A DNA stretch of 64,000 nt from an uncultured Alcaligenaceae bacterium (GTDB lineage Bacteria; Planctomycetota; Planctomycetia; Gemmatales; Gemmataceae), in contig CAYUHJ010000009.1 in assembly GCA_964444365.1 (NCBI GenBank), positions 5,880 through 69,879 of the forward strand, written 5' to 3'. Within the stretch, counting starts at the first letter, position 1, and the number at the start of each line of letters is the position of its first letter. The translations under genes were made by a program, and so were the position numbers. Of this stretch, positions 18,832 through 27,040 are shown in pieces. Under the pieces are notes generated by a model, which was not told the DNA's origin, made no database searches, and worked only from the letters and a program-made list of their open reading frames with translations.

Positions 18832-19212
18832 TTAGTAGCGGCCGCCGCCACCGCCACCGTACCCGCCGCCACCGCCGCCGTACCCGCCGCGGCCGCCGCC
18901 ACCGCCGCCGTACCCGCCGCGGCCGCCGCCACCGCCGCCGTACCCGCCGCGGCCGCCGCCACCGCCGCCTTCACGCGGCTTGGCTTCGTTGACGGTGAGC
19001 GGCCGACCGTCGAGTTGCGCGCCGTTCATGGCCGCGATCGCTGCATCCCCGCCGTCGCTCATTTCGACGAAAGCGAACCCGCGCGGGCGGCCGGTCTCCC
19101 GGTCCATGATGACCTGCACCTTCGTGACGGTGCCGTACTGGGAGAACACCTCCCGCAGCGTCGCCTCGGTCGTGGAGAAGGCCATGTTTCCGACGTACAA
19201 ATTCGTAGCCAC
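18832..19212 (-). CDS. RRM-type RNA-binding protein with a Gly/Arg/Tyr-rich tail
   Basis: The GTG at 19212 gives (M)ATNLYVGNMAFSTTEATLREVFSQYG (RNP2) and RGFAFVEM (RNP1), followed by a (GGGGGGRGGY)n tail. Confidence 0.85.
   Translation of the reverse strand: MATNLYVGNMAFSTTEATLREVFSQYGTVTKVQVIMDRETGRPRGFAFVEMSDGGDAAIAAMNGAQLDGRPLTVNEAKPREGGGGGGRGGYGGGGGGRGGYGGGGGGRGGYGGGGGGYGGGGGGRY
18871..18960. repeat. Three perfect tandem copies of a 30-bp unit inside the RNA-binding-protein gene
   Basis: accgccgccgtacccgccgcggccgccgcc at 18871-18900, 18901-18930 and 18931-18960. A degenerate copy lies at 18841-18870. The unit encodes GGGGGGRGGY. Confidence 0.95.
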
Positions 19213-19353
19213 GGTCGTGGTCCTCGGTGGCCCCGGAGGGCCGGTAGATTCACCGGGCAGACATCTGCCCGCGCTCATCGTACCCGCCCCGCCGCGAACC
19301 GCTACCTTATTCGTGCTACGATTCTGCGATTGTGCTGCGGGCCGAATTCCGAC

Positions 19354-20247
19354 TCACCGGGGACCGTCTCGGTGTTTGGCGTGGCACGAGGTGCAGGACT
19401 TGTGAATTCCTGCGAAGGATTCGGCGATCGCCCCGGCATCTTTGCCCGCCAGGGCCCGCTCGAAAGTCCGCCCCAAGCCTTCACTTTCCCGGAAAGCCGC
19501 GTGCAACCGGGCGTTCGCGGCCACCGCCGGAAGCCGTCCCGCCTCCCGGAAGTGTTCGACGATTTGCACCGCGTCCTCGGCGGAGTCGTTCGGCGACGGC
19601 CAGCCCTTCGCCTGTGCGGCTTTCAGCGAATCCCAGTGCTCGTCCACGCGGACCATCAGCCGGGTCAGGGTCGGAACCGCCGCGGTGTCCGGGAAGTCCG
19701 CCGGCGTCCGGGCCAGCTCCTCGGCCGACGGGCGGGTGAACGTCCGCGGGATCGCGACCAGCCCCCGATACCGCGGGTCGGTGCCGGCCTCCCGCATCCA
19801 CGCTTCCGCGCGAGCTGGCGTGAACCCCGGTTCGAGAGCGAGCAGCGCGCACGAAGCCGCCGCCGGCCCGCGGTGCATCCCGTGATGGCAATGAACGTAC
19901 ACCGGCCCCGGCAGCTCCCGCACGGCCTTCACGATGGCGAGGGCTTTGTCCCGCGAAATGCCGTCGTACCCGATCGGAACGTGAACGTACCGGAGCCCGT
20001 GTTTCTTCGCCCCAGTCACATCCGGCACCGCGCCGTCGACGGAAAGAACGGTCCGCACCCCGAGCTGGCGCAGAGACGCGAAGCCGGCGTCGCCCTCCGG
20101 ACTGCCGCCGCTGAAGACCCGATCGCCGATGCGGAAGACGTTGTGCAACCCGGCCGCCCCGACTCGCACCGGGGTCGGCGGCGGGTCCGGCGGGGCCCGC
20201 CAACACCCCACTGCGACGGCCAGGATCACGGGAATCAGATACTTCAC
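19354..20247 (-). CDS. Exported or anchored fusion protein: PTP/DUF442-like phosphatase domain plus a C-terminal cytochrome c'-like four-helix heme domain
   Basis: The GTG at 20247 gives (M)KYLIPVILAVAVGC (signal/anchor, possible lipobox). PTP loop: VYVHCHHGMHRGPAAAS (HCx5R). C-terminus: ...AIAESFAGIHKSCTSCHAKHRD, with a CxxCH placed as in cytochrome c'. Confidence 0.6.
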   Translation of the reverse strand: MKYLIPVILAVAVGCWRAPPDPPPTPVRVGAAGLHNVFRIGDRVFSGGSPEGDAGFASLRQLGVRTVLSVDGAVPDVTGAKKHGLRYVHVPIGYDGISRDKALAIVKAVRELPGPVYVHCHHGMHRGPAAASCALLALEPGFTPARAEAWMREAGTDPRYRGLVAIPRTFTRPSAEELARTPADFPDTAAVPTLTRLMVRVDEHWDSLKAAQAKGWPSPNDSAEDAVQIVEHFREAGRLPAVAANARLHAAFRESEGLGRTFERALAGKDAGAIAESFAGIHKSCTSCHAKHRDGPR

Positions 20248-21875
20248 CGCAAGCCTCGGACGCAATCTCGGATCACGACGCACAGGCTCACCCACGCCGT
20301 CCCGAGTAAGCCGGATGCCATCACGTCCGTCGGCCAGTGGACGCCGAGGTAGACCCGGGTCCACCCCACGCCGACGGCTGCCGCGACGAGCCCGAGCGCT
20401 GCCGGCCACGTCCACCACGCCCATCTCCGCGACAGCAGCACGGCGACGAACGCCCCGGCGAGGCCGACCGCGCGAAGGGTGTGCCCGCTGGGGAAACTAT
20501 ACTCGCCGATCGCCGTCAAGGCGTCGGCGGGGGCCGGGCGGGTGACGGCGTACCAGGATTTCGCAACGAGTTCGATCGCCACGGTGCCGAGCATGGCGGC
20601 GAGGAACAGCACCCCGGCCGACCGGTGCCGGCGCAGGAACGCCACGACCGCGGCCGCGACGCCGATGAAGACCGCCGGCCCGCCGCCCCCGAGCGTGGTG
20701 ACCGCGTTCGCGAACGAATCGAGTGCCGGCGTCGCCGCGGACCGGACGTCGGCCCGCACTGCGAGGTTCCAGTCGTCCCACCGGCCGGCGGTCACGCCGG
20801 TGGCCAGGACCGCGAACTCGCACAGGCACAGAACCGCGAGCAGGAGGGTGAACAGCGTGGCGGACGGCCCCGACCGGAGGACGTTCAAGACGCCCGCGAC
20901 GACGCCGAACAGCCGTCGCCCGAGGTCGCCGAACCGCGTGTTCCCGACCCACCCGAGCCGCGGCGACCGCCGGTACCCCGGCCCGACGTACACCCGGACC
21001 GCCCGCGGGACCGCCGCGAACGTGAACCGTTTCCCCTCGACGAGTTCGCCGTCGAAACTGAGCGGCAGCGGTTCCTCGGCGGTGAGCTCGACCCGCTTCG
21101 CCCGGCGGTGCGTGACGTTGTCGTCGGTGACGTAGTCGCCGGCGAGCAGGCGGGCCGCGATGACGCCCTGGTCCAGCGTGGAGTCGACGGCGTGAACCAG
21201 CACCACGTCGAGCCGGCCGTCTTCCGGGTCGGCCCGCGGGGCGACGACGTACCCGCCGGCCGCGGTGCGAGCGTTCGCGACGACGATGTTGAGCACGTCG
21301 AGCGTTTCCGTCTGCTTCCCGTCGTACCGAAGGGTCACGCGGAACTTCGGCGGATCGGCGATCGTCCCGGCGGCCCCGCGGAGGTACGCCAGCGGCCCCC
21401 ACGCGGCCTTCAAGTCGGACGTCACCTCCGCCGCGACCTTCCCGCTGAACCCGCCGGTCGCGACGTTCGCCAGGAACCCGGACCAGTCGCCGTCCACGCG
21501 GACCGCGTCGACCCCGCGGGTCCGGTTCCGCTTCAGCAGCCCGACCGCCTCGACCGGGTCCAGCGGCACGGCGAGCGTCCGGCAAAAGTCGTTGCCGGTG
21601 CCGAGCGGAAGGAGGAGCAGCGACACCCGGGGAAAGTCCGGGCCGAGGGCGTTGACGACGCCGTGAATGGTGCCGTCGCCCCCGGCGACCGCCAGCACAT
21701 CCACGCCGGCCTTGAGAGCCGCCTGCACCTGTTCGCGCAACTCCCGCTCCGGATCGACGGACACGAGCGACACGCCTGGGGTCGCTGCGAGCGCGGCGCG
21801 GACGGCCTCACCCTGTCCGGCGGACCCGGCCTTCGGGTTGAGCAGCAAGGCGAAGCGCAACGGTTTCATGGGCAT
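20244..21875 (-). CDS. Fusion of a diacylglycerol/lipid kinase catalytic domain (YegS/LCB5-like) with a membrane PAP2 phosphatase
   Basis: N-terminus: LLLNPKAGSAG...LAVAGGDGTIHGVVNAL...LPLGTGNDF. C-terminal TM region carries the PAP2 motifs AVTRP, SFPSGHT and RVYLGVHWPTDV. The stop overlaps the GTG of the downstream gene (GTGA at 20244-20247). Confidence 0.8.
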   Translation of the reverse strand: MPMKPLRFALLLNPKAGSAGQGEAVRAALAATPGVSLVSVDPERELREQVQAALKAGVDVLAVAGGDGTIHGVVNALGPDFPRVSLLLLPLGTGNDFCRTLAVPLDPVEAVGLLKRNRTRGVDAVRVDGDWSGFLANVATGGFSGKVAAEVTSDLKAAWGPLAYLRGAAGTIADPPKFRVTLRYDGKQTETLDVLNIVVANARTAAGGYVVAPRADPEDGRLDVVLVHAVDSTLDQGVIAARLLAGDYVTDDNVTHRRAKRVELTAEEPLPLSFDGELVEGKRFTFAAVPRAVRVYVGPGYRRSPRLGWVGNTRFGDLGRRLFGVVAGVLNVLRSGPSATLFTLLLAVLCLCEFAVLATGVTAGRWDDWNLAVRADVRSAATPALDSFANAVTTLGGGGPAVFIGVAAAVVAFLRRHRSAGVLFLAAMLGTVAIELVAKSWYAVTRPAPADALTAIGEYSFPSGHTLRAVGLAGAFVAVLLSRRWAWWTWPAALGLVAAAVGVGWTRVYLGVHWPTDVMASGLLGTAWVSLCVVIRDCVRGLR

Positions 21876-21896
21876 CGCAGGTGAGCGAGGACGAGT

Positions 21897-23723
21897 TCAC
21901 GATCGGCCGCGTAAATCCACGGTGGCGTCGACCACGGCCACGGAACGGTCGACCTTCTTCGCGGAGCGAATGCCCGACGACAGTAAGACCGCGTCTGGGC
22001 GGGCCGCCCACCATTCGGCCGCGCAGTCCGCGTTCCAGTCCGAGGCACACGCGCAGTCCGCCAGCGCCCGCTTCAGGCTCGCCGCGTCCGGGTAGCGTGC
22101 CCCCGGCGCTTTGGACAGACACCGCAGCACCACGGCTTCCAGGTCCGCGGGCACGTCCACGCCGCGGCGGGACGGCGGCACGACGGGCTCCTTCGTGTGG
22201 GCCACGATCTGCTCCAGGATCGTGTGGCCGTCGAACGGCGGGCGACCAGTCAGCAGAAAGTATGCCACGGCCCCGAGGGCGTACAGGTCGCTCCGGGCGT
22301 CGGACACGCCGCCGAGGAGTCCCTGTTCCGGGGCCATGTACGCCGGGGACCCGCTGATGCTCGCGGACTCGGCCGGTTCCTCGCCGCCCGAAACTTGCCG
22401 GACGAGGCCGAAGTCGAGCAGTTTGGCCACGTCCGGCACGCCGCCGCGGGTCGCCGCGAAGATGTTCGCGGGCTTGATGTCGCGGTGAATCAGCCCCTTC
22501 TCGTGGGCCTCCCGCAACGCATCACAGACCTGTGATAACAAATACACCGCCCGCCCCGGCGGCATCGGTCCATCCATTCGGACGAGGTCCGCGAAACTTA
22601 ACCCGGTGAGGAGTTCCATCACGTAGTAAAAGGTGCCGTCGTCGGTTCGCCCGTAGTCGTAAATCTCGACGGTGTTCCAGTGCGACAGCCGTGCGGTGGC
22701 CCGGACCTCCTTCTCGAACCGCGACACGGCTTCCGGGTCGGCGTCGATGCCGGGGCGGATCAGCTTGATGGCACAGTCGCGCTTGAGAAGTTCGTGTTCC
22801 GCTCGGTAGACCTCGCCCATGCCGCCGCTGCCGAGTTGTTCCTTGAGCCGGTACTGGCCGAACTTCTTCGCGCGAAAGACCTCCTTCCGGACCCCCGCGA
22901 TGTAGTGCGAGTAGACCATCCCTTCCAGCACCGCGAGCATCACCACCGGGAACGGCGTGCCGTGGTGCAGCGAGTCGAACGCCTCCTGCACCCGCGGTTC
23001 ATACAAGCCCAATAAGTATTGACTGAGGTAGGGTACACACCCCGCCGGGAACATGTATCGAAACGCCCGCTGCCAGGTGTTCGGGATGAGCAAGCCATAC
23101 GTGACGATGTTCAACACCCAGACCGCGTGGACGAAGTAGGCGTCCATGATGACGGTGGGGTATTCTCCCGCGCGGGCGCTCTGGACCATCAGCGCGCCCG
23201 GCATCAGGGTGATCTGCACCGCGACCGTGCCGAAGACGAGGAGTTCGATCCGCCGCAGCCACCGCATCGAGAGCGGCCGGGGGTTTCGCACCCGAACGAA
23301 GCAGAGCGATTCGATCAGGATGAACGCGAGCCGGGGGATCAGAAAGGGGTGCTGGGTCGTCGGGATCAGGGCGATGCTCATCGCCAGCGCGGTGACGAGC
23401 GATACGATCTGCAACCGGCGGCGGAGCAGGGCGGCGGTCTCGGCGTCGAACTCGTGGACGACGTTGTCCACCCGCACCTTCGGCGACGAGTCCCGCGGGA
23501 CCGGCGGCGGTGGGGTCGGCGGGTGCGTCGCGGCCATCGCGAGCAGGCGGTCGACCGGCACGGCCGGTGTGGACAGGAAACTCCCGGCCGCGTCGTGGGC
23601 GTGCAGCAGGGCGTCGACCTTCGCCCGCAAGGCCAGATCCTGGCACGCGGCGTCCAGGAACCGGCGGCGCGCGGCGGCGTCGGGTTGATCCAGCGCTTCG
23701 AGAAACAGCGACCGCTGGTTCAC
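21897..23723 (-). CDS. Ser/Thr protein kinase with a helical N-terminus, a multi-TM block and a C-terminal kinase domain
   Basis: GQYRLKEQLGSGGMGEVYRAEH...AIKLI...HRDIKPANIF...DFGL...GSPAYMAPE. The N-terminus SLFLEALDQPDAAARRRFLDAACQD is typical of planctomycete kinases. The GTG start at 23723 overlaps the Uma2 stop. Confidence 0.85.
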   Translation of the reverse strand: MNQRSLFLEALDQPDAAARRRFLDAACQDLALRAKVDALLHAHDAAGSFLSTPAVPVDRLLAMAATHPPTPPPPVPRDSSPKVRVDNVVHEFDAETAALLRRRLQIVSLVTALAMSIALIPTTQHPFLIPRLAFILIESLCFVRVRNPRPLSMRWLRRIELLVFGTVAVQITLMPGALMVQSARAGEYPTVIMDAYFVHAVWVLNIVTYGLLIPNTWQRAFRYMFPAGCVPYLSQYLLGLYEPRVQEAFDSLHHGTPFPVVMLAVLEGMVYSHYIAGVRKEVFRAKKFGQYRLKEQLGSGGMGEVYRAEHELLKRDCAIKLIRPGIDADPEAVSRFEKEVRATARLSHWNTVEIYDYGRTDDGTFYYVMELLTGLSFADLVRMDGPMPPGRAVYLLSQVCDALREAHEKGLIHRDIKPANIFAATRGGVPDVAKLLDFGLVRQVSGGEEPAESASISGSPAYMAPEQGLLGGVSDARSDLYALGAVAYFLLTGRPPFDGHTILEQIVAHTKEPVVPPSRRGVDVPADLEAVVLRCLSKAPGARYPDAASLKRALADCACASDWNADCAAEWWAARPDAVLLSSGIRSAKKVDRSVAVVDATVDLRGRS

Positions 23724-24322
23724 GTGATGGGCTCTCGCAGCGGCCGCGACGGGGGGAACGCGACCCCGCGGTAGACGTCCGCCATCGGAACGCGGAGCGG
23801 AACGAAGTCCAGCACGAACTCGGCGTCGAGTCCGATGACTTCGACGAGTACCCAGCGCCCGTCCGGCTGTCGGATCCGTCGCTCGATCGCGGGTTCGTCC
23901 TGGAAGACGAGGACGTATTCACGAAGCGATTCGATTTGTTTGTAGTGCCGAAACTTCACTGTCCGGTCGTACCGTTCGGTCGACGGGGAGAGGACTTCGA
24001 TCAGCACTGTTGGATTAATCAATGTGTCACGGTCGAGTGGATCGTATTCACCCGGACCACACACAATTCCCAAGTCCGGGTAGGTGTATAACCCGGTGGG
24101 ATCGACTTTGACGCGAAGGTCCGCGGCAAACCCCTCGCACGGCCCGCCACGGAGTCGCACTCCGAGCTCCACCGTGAGGTTGTAACTCACACGGTTATGT
24201 TCCCGACTGGCCCCCGCCATCGCGAACATTTCGCCGTCGTAGAACTCGCTCTTGAACTCGGCCGCCTTCTCGATGGCCAGGTACTCGGCCACCGTGAGTT
24301 TCTTCTTCGGTACCGCGGTCAT
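23720..24322 (-). CDS. Uma2 (DUF820) family putative endonuclease, copy 2
   Basis: The ATG at 24322 gives MTAVPKKKLTVAEYLAIEKAAEFKSEFYDGEMFAMAGASREHN...PDLGIVCG...IEVLSPSTERYDR, the PD-(D/E)xK-like Uma2 signature. Confidence 0.8.
   Translation of the reverse strand: MTAVPKKKLTVAEYLAIEKAAEFKSEFYDGEMFAMAGASREHNRVSYNLTVELGVRLRGGPCEGFAADLRVKVDPTGLYTYPDLGIVCGPGEYDPLDRDTLINPTVLIEVLSPSTERYDRTVKFRHYKQIESLREYVLVFQDEPAIERRIRQPDGRWVLVEVIGLDAEFVLDFVPLRVPMADVYRGVAFPPSRPLREPIT
24207..24307. repeat. 101-bp tract identical to 24830-24930 (the 5' ends of the two Uma2 genes)
   Basis: Direct comparison of the two stretches shows identity across 101 nt. The first differences appear just beyond each end. Downstream, the paralogs share only roughly half of their residues. 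Confidence 0.9.
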
Positions 24323-24342
24323 GGGATCCTCGGGGCTGACAC

Positions 24343-24948
24343 TTATTCGCGCTCCGGGCGAAGCGTGGCCGGCGAGACCAATTCCACATCTCGGTACAGT
24401 CTCGCAAGTGAGACGCGAACCGGCACGGCCGACATTTCGAGAAATGAGTCCGAACCGGAGAAGGTGGTCAGGGTCCATTTCTCGTTCGGCTGACGCACGA
24501 GGCTTTGGACCAAAATCGCCGATTGGGACACCAGGATGTATTCCCGCAGGGACGGGATGGTTTGGTAGTGAAGGAACTTGGTTCCTCGGTCGTACCGTTC
24601 CGTCGAGGGGGACAGGATTTCCACAATCGCGAGCGGGTTGATGAGCGCATCGCGGTCGTCGGGGTCGTACTGCGCCCCGCCGCACACGATGACCACGTCC
24701 GGGTAGGTCGACAGTCCAGTCGCTTGAACCCGGACGCGCTGATCGCTCGAATACGTCCGGCACGGGCCGCCGTCCAGTCGGCTTCCGATATCGATGACCA
24801 AGTTGTTATGGAGTGCGTTGTGTTCGCGGCTGGCCCCCGCCATCGCGAACATTTCGCCGTCGTAGAACTCGCTCTTGAACTCGGCCGCCTTCTCGATGGC
24901 CAGGTACTCGGCCACCGTGAGTTTCTTCTTGGGTACAGCGGTCATCAT
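24343..24948 (-). CDS. Uma2 (DUF820) family putative endonuclease, copy 1
   Basis: MMTAVPKKKLTVAEYLAIEKAAEFKSEFYDGEMFAMAGASREHN...PDVVIVCG...VEILSPSTERYDR. From MTAV to REHN (43 residues) it is identical to the first 43 residues of copy 2. Confidence 0.8.
   Translation of the reverse strand: MMTAVPKKKLTVAEYLAIEKAAEFKSEFYDGEMFAMAGASREHNALHNNLVIDIGSRLDGGPCRTYSSDQRVRVQATGLSTYPDVVIVCGGAQYDPDDRDALINPLAIVEILSPSTERYDRGTKFLHYQTIPSLREYILVSQSAILVQSLVRQPNEKWTLTTFSGSDSFLEMSAVPVRVSLARLYRDVELVSPATLRPERE
24830..24930. repeat. 101-bp tract identical to 24207-24307
   Basis: See the partner entry. The offset between the copies is 623 bp, in direct orientation. Confidence 0.9.
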
Positions 24949-24963
24949 CGCCTCCCGTTCCCG

Positions 24964-25518
24964 TCACGCCTCCATCTCACGATACAGCCACGCCCGCGCG
25001 AAGGCCCACAGCCGCTCCGCGGTTCGCTGCGAGAGGCCGAGGCAGTCCGCCGCTTGGGCGGACGTCAGGCCCGAGAAGTACCGCAACTGGACGAGTTGGG
25101 CCGCCTCCGCGTCTTCGGCGGCGAGCCGGGTCAGGGCCGCGTCGAGGGCCACCAGATCGACCACCCCCTCGTCCGTGGCGGCGTGGACCTCGTCGAGTGG
25201 GACGCGAGTTCGGCCGCCGCCGCGCTTGAGGCTGTGCTTCTTCCGGGCGTGGTCGACCAGGATCCGCCGCATGGACTCCGCGGCGGCGGCGTAGAAGTGG
25301 CCGCGGTGACTCCACGAAACGTCTTCGGCGGTGCCGACGAGCCGGAGGTAGGCTTCGTGGACGAGTGCGGTCGCGTTCAGCGTGTGGCCGGCGGATTCGC
25401 GGGCGAGGCGGAGGGCCGCCAGGCGGCGGAGTTCGTCGTACACGAGGGGAAGAAGTTGGTCGGCGGCCGCGCGATCGCCACCGTGAACGGCCGCCAGGAT
25501 TCGCGTGACATCGTCCAT
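24964..25518 (-). CDS. ECF-type RNA polymerase sigma factor (kinase-associated planctomycete/acidobacterial type)
   Basis: MDDVTRILAAVHGGDRAAADQLLPLVYDELRRLAALRLARE..LNATALVHEAYLRLVG, with region 4 LRYFSGLTSAQAADCLGLSQRTAERLWAFARAWL. Confidence 0.85.
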   Translation of the reverse strand: MDDVTRILAAVHGGDRAAADQLLPLVYDELRRLAALRLARESAGHTLNATALVHEAYLRLVGTAEDVSWSHRGHFYAAAAESMRRILVDHARKKHSLKRGGGRTRVPLDEVHAATDEGVVDLVALDAALTRLAAEDAEAAQLVQLRYFSGLTSAQAADCLGLSQRTAERLWAFARAWLYREMEA

Positions 25519-25530
25519 TGCTGACGACGA

Positions 25531-26901
25531 TTATAGCAACTCGTCGATCGGCTCCGGGTCGTCCAGGACCGGCACCGGCCGGCCGCTCGGATCCAGCAGT
25601 TGCAGCTTCGGGTCGATGCCGAGCACCTTGTACACCGTGGCGTGAATGTTCGACGGCGTCACCGGGCGGGATTTCGGGGCCGTTCCCTTGCTGTCCGTCG
25701 AGCCGACGATCTGCCCGCCCTTCACACCGCCACCGCCCATCAGGCAGAACATCGCGTCCCCCCAGTGGTCGCGGCCGGGGGTGCCCATGCTGCCGGCGGG
25801 TCCGCCGTTGCCGCCGTCGTTCATCTTCGGCGTGCGGCCGAACTCCCCGCACAGCATCACCAGCGTCGTGTCGAGCAGCCCGCGGTCGGCCAGGTCCGTG
25901 AACAGCGTGGCAACCAGCGCGTCCACCTGGGGGAGCAGCCGTTCGTAGCTCTTCTGCAAGTCCCAGTGGTGGTCCCACCCGCCGAGGTGAACCGTCACGA
26001 ACGTGGACCCGGCTTCGACCAGCCGGCGGGCCAGCAGCGTCGCCTGCCCCCAGCCGTTGCGGCCGTACTGGTCGCGGAGTTTCGGGTCTTCCTTCCCCAT
26101 GTCGAACGCCTTGCGGGCGACCGGGCCGGTGACGAAGTCGAACGCTTCCCCCGAGAACTTGTCCATCGCCTTCGTCGTCGGGTTGCCGTCGAAGCTGGAC
26201 TTTTGCTTGTCGAAGTGCCGGAGCAGTGTCCGCCGGTCGTCGAGCTTGTCGAGCGTCAGCCCGGACGCGAGGTTGAGGTTCCGCACCTGGAAGTTCGCGG
26301 GGCTCGGGTCGCCGCTGGCGAACGGGTCGTGCTGCACGCCGAGCATGTGCCCGCCGAAGTAGCCGGGGGTCAGCCCGACGCTCGCGGAGTGCGGCGTGGC
26401 GACGTGCCCCGGCATCCCCGCCACCCGCGGCCCGAATTCCCGGTTGACGATCGCCCCGATGCCGGGGAACTTTTGCGTGGTGTTCGCCCCGGACACGCCC
26501 ATGTCCTTGGTCGTGATCATCCGGTGCGCGCCGGCGAAGTGGTCGCCGGTCCCGTGGTGGAGCGACCGCACGACCGAGAACTTGTCCGTAACCCGTGCCT
26601 GTTTCGGGTACAGCTCGGTGACATCGAACCCCGGGACCGCCGTGCGGATCGGCTTCCACAGCCCGCGGTACTCGGCCGGCGCGTCCGGCTTCATGTCGTA
26701 CATGTCCATATGCCCCGGCCCGCCGTCGAGCCAGATCAGGATCACGGACGTGTTCTTTTTCTCCTTCCCGGACGCCTCGTTCGCGCGGAGGAGTTGCGGC
26801 AGGCCGACGCTCGCCAGCCCGGCGACGCCGAGTTGCAGGAAGCTGCGGCGATTCAGGCCGTCGCAGTACCGGCCCTGGGAACCGAGGTCGAGGCGGAACA
26901 T
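25531..26901 (-). CDS. DUF1501 (sulfatase-like) protein with a twin-arginine signal
   Basis: The ATG at 26901 gives MFRLDLGSQGRYCDGLNRRSFLQLGVAGLA...VILIWLDGGPGHMDMYDMKP...GGWDHHWD...GEFGRTP...GRDHW. The rest of ORF 25531..27543 is an artefactual upstream extension. Confidence 0.85.
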   Translation of the reverse strand: MFRLDLGSQGRYCDGLNRRSFLQLGVAGLASVGLPQLLRANEASGKEKKNTSVILIWLDGGPGHMDMYDMKPDAPAEYRGLWKPIRTAVPGFDVTELYPKQARVTDKFSVVRSLHHGTGDHFAGAHRMITTKDMGVSGANTTQKFPGIGAIVNREFGPRVAGMPGHVATPHSASVGLTPGYFGGHMLGVQHDPFASGDPSPANFQVRNLNLASGLTLDKLDDRRTLLRHFDKQKSSFDGNPTTKAMDKFSGEAFDFVTGPVARKAFDMGKEDPKLRDQYGRNGWGQATLLARRLVEAGSTFVTVHLGGWDHHWDLQKSYERLLPQVDALVATLFTDLADRGLLDTTLVMLCGEFGRTPKMNDGGNGGPAGSMGTPGRDHWGDAMFCLMGGGGVKGGQIVGSTDSKGTAPKSRPVTPSNIHATVYKVLGIDPKLQLLDPSGRPVPVLDDPEPIDELL

Positions 26902-26979
26902 GGCGGGATCCTGGGAGGGGACGAGTCGGCGGACTGGTACTGTCGCACACCACCGGCCGGGGGTCAAGCGACTGCTTCC

Positions 26980-27008
26980 TTGACACTTCGCCCCGGTCCT
27001 CGTCGAAT
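26980..27008 (+). promoter_or_regulatory. Sigma70-like -35/-10 candidate for the S46 peptidase gene
   Basis: TTGACA (26980-26985), a 17-nt spacer, then TCGAAT (27003-27008), about 33 nt before the ATG at 27041. Planctomycete promoter rules are poorly defined. Confidence 0.25.
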
Positions 27009-27040
27009 AACCACATCCCTTCTCACACCGGAACCCCACG

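Noticed and set aside
18841-18969. Regularly spaced 30-bp repeats considered as a possible CRISPR array.
   Set aside because: The units are contiguous with no spacers, lie in frame inside an RRM protein gene and encode its Gly/Arg/Tyr tail. No cas genes are present anywhere in the window.
19256-19271. Short hairpin gggcag-acat-ctgccc downstream of the phosphatase/cytochrome gene, considered as a terminator.
   Set aside because: It has only a 6-bp stem and no U-tract. That is too weak to report as a feature.
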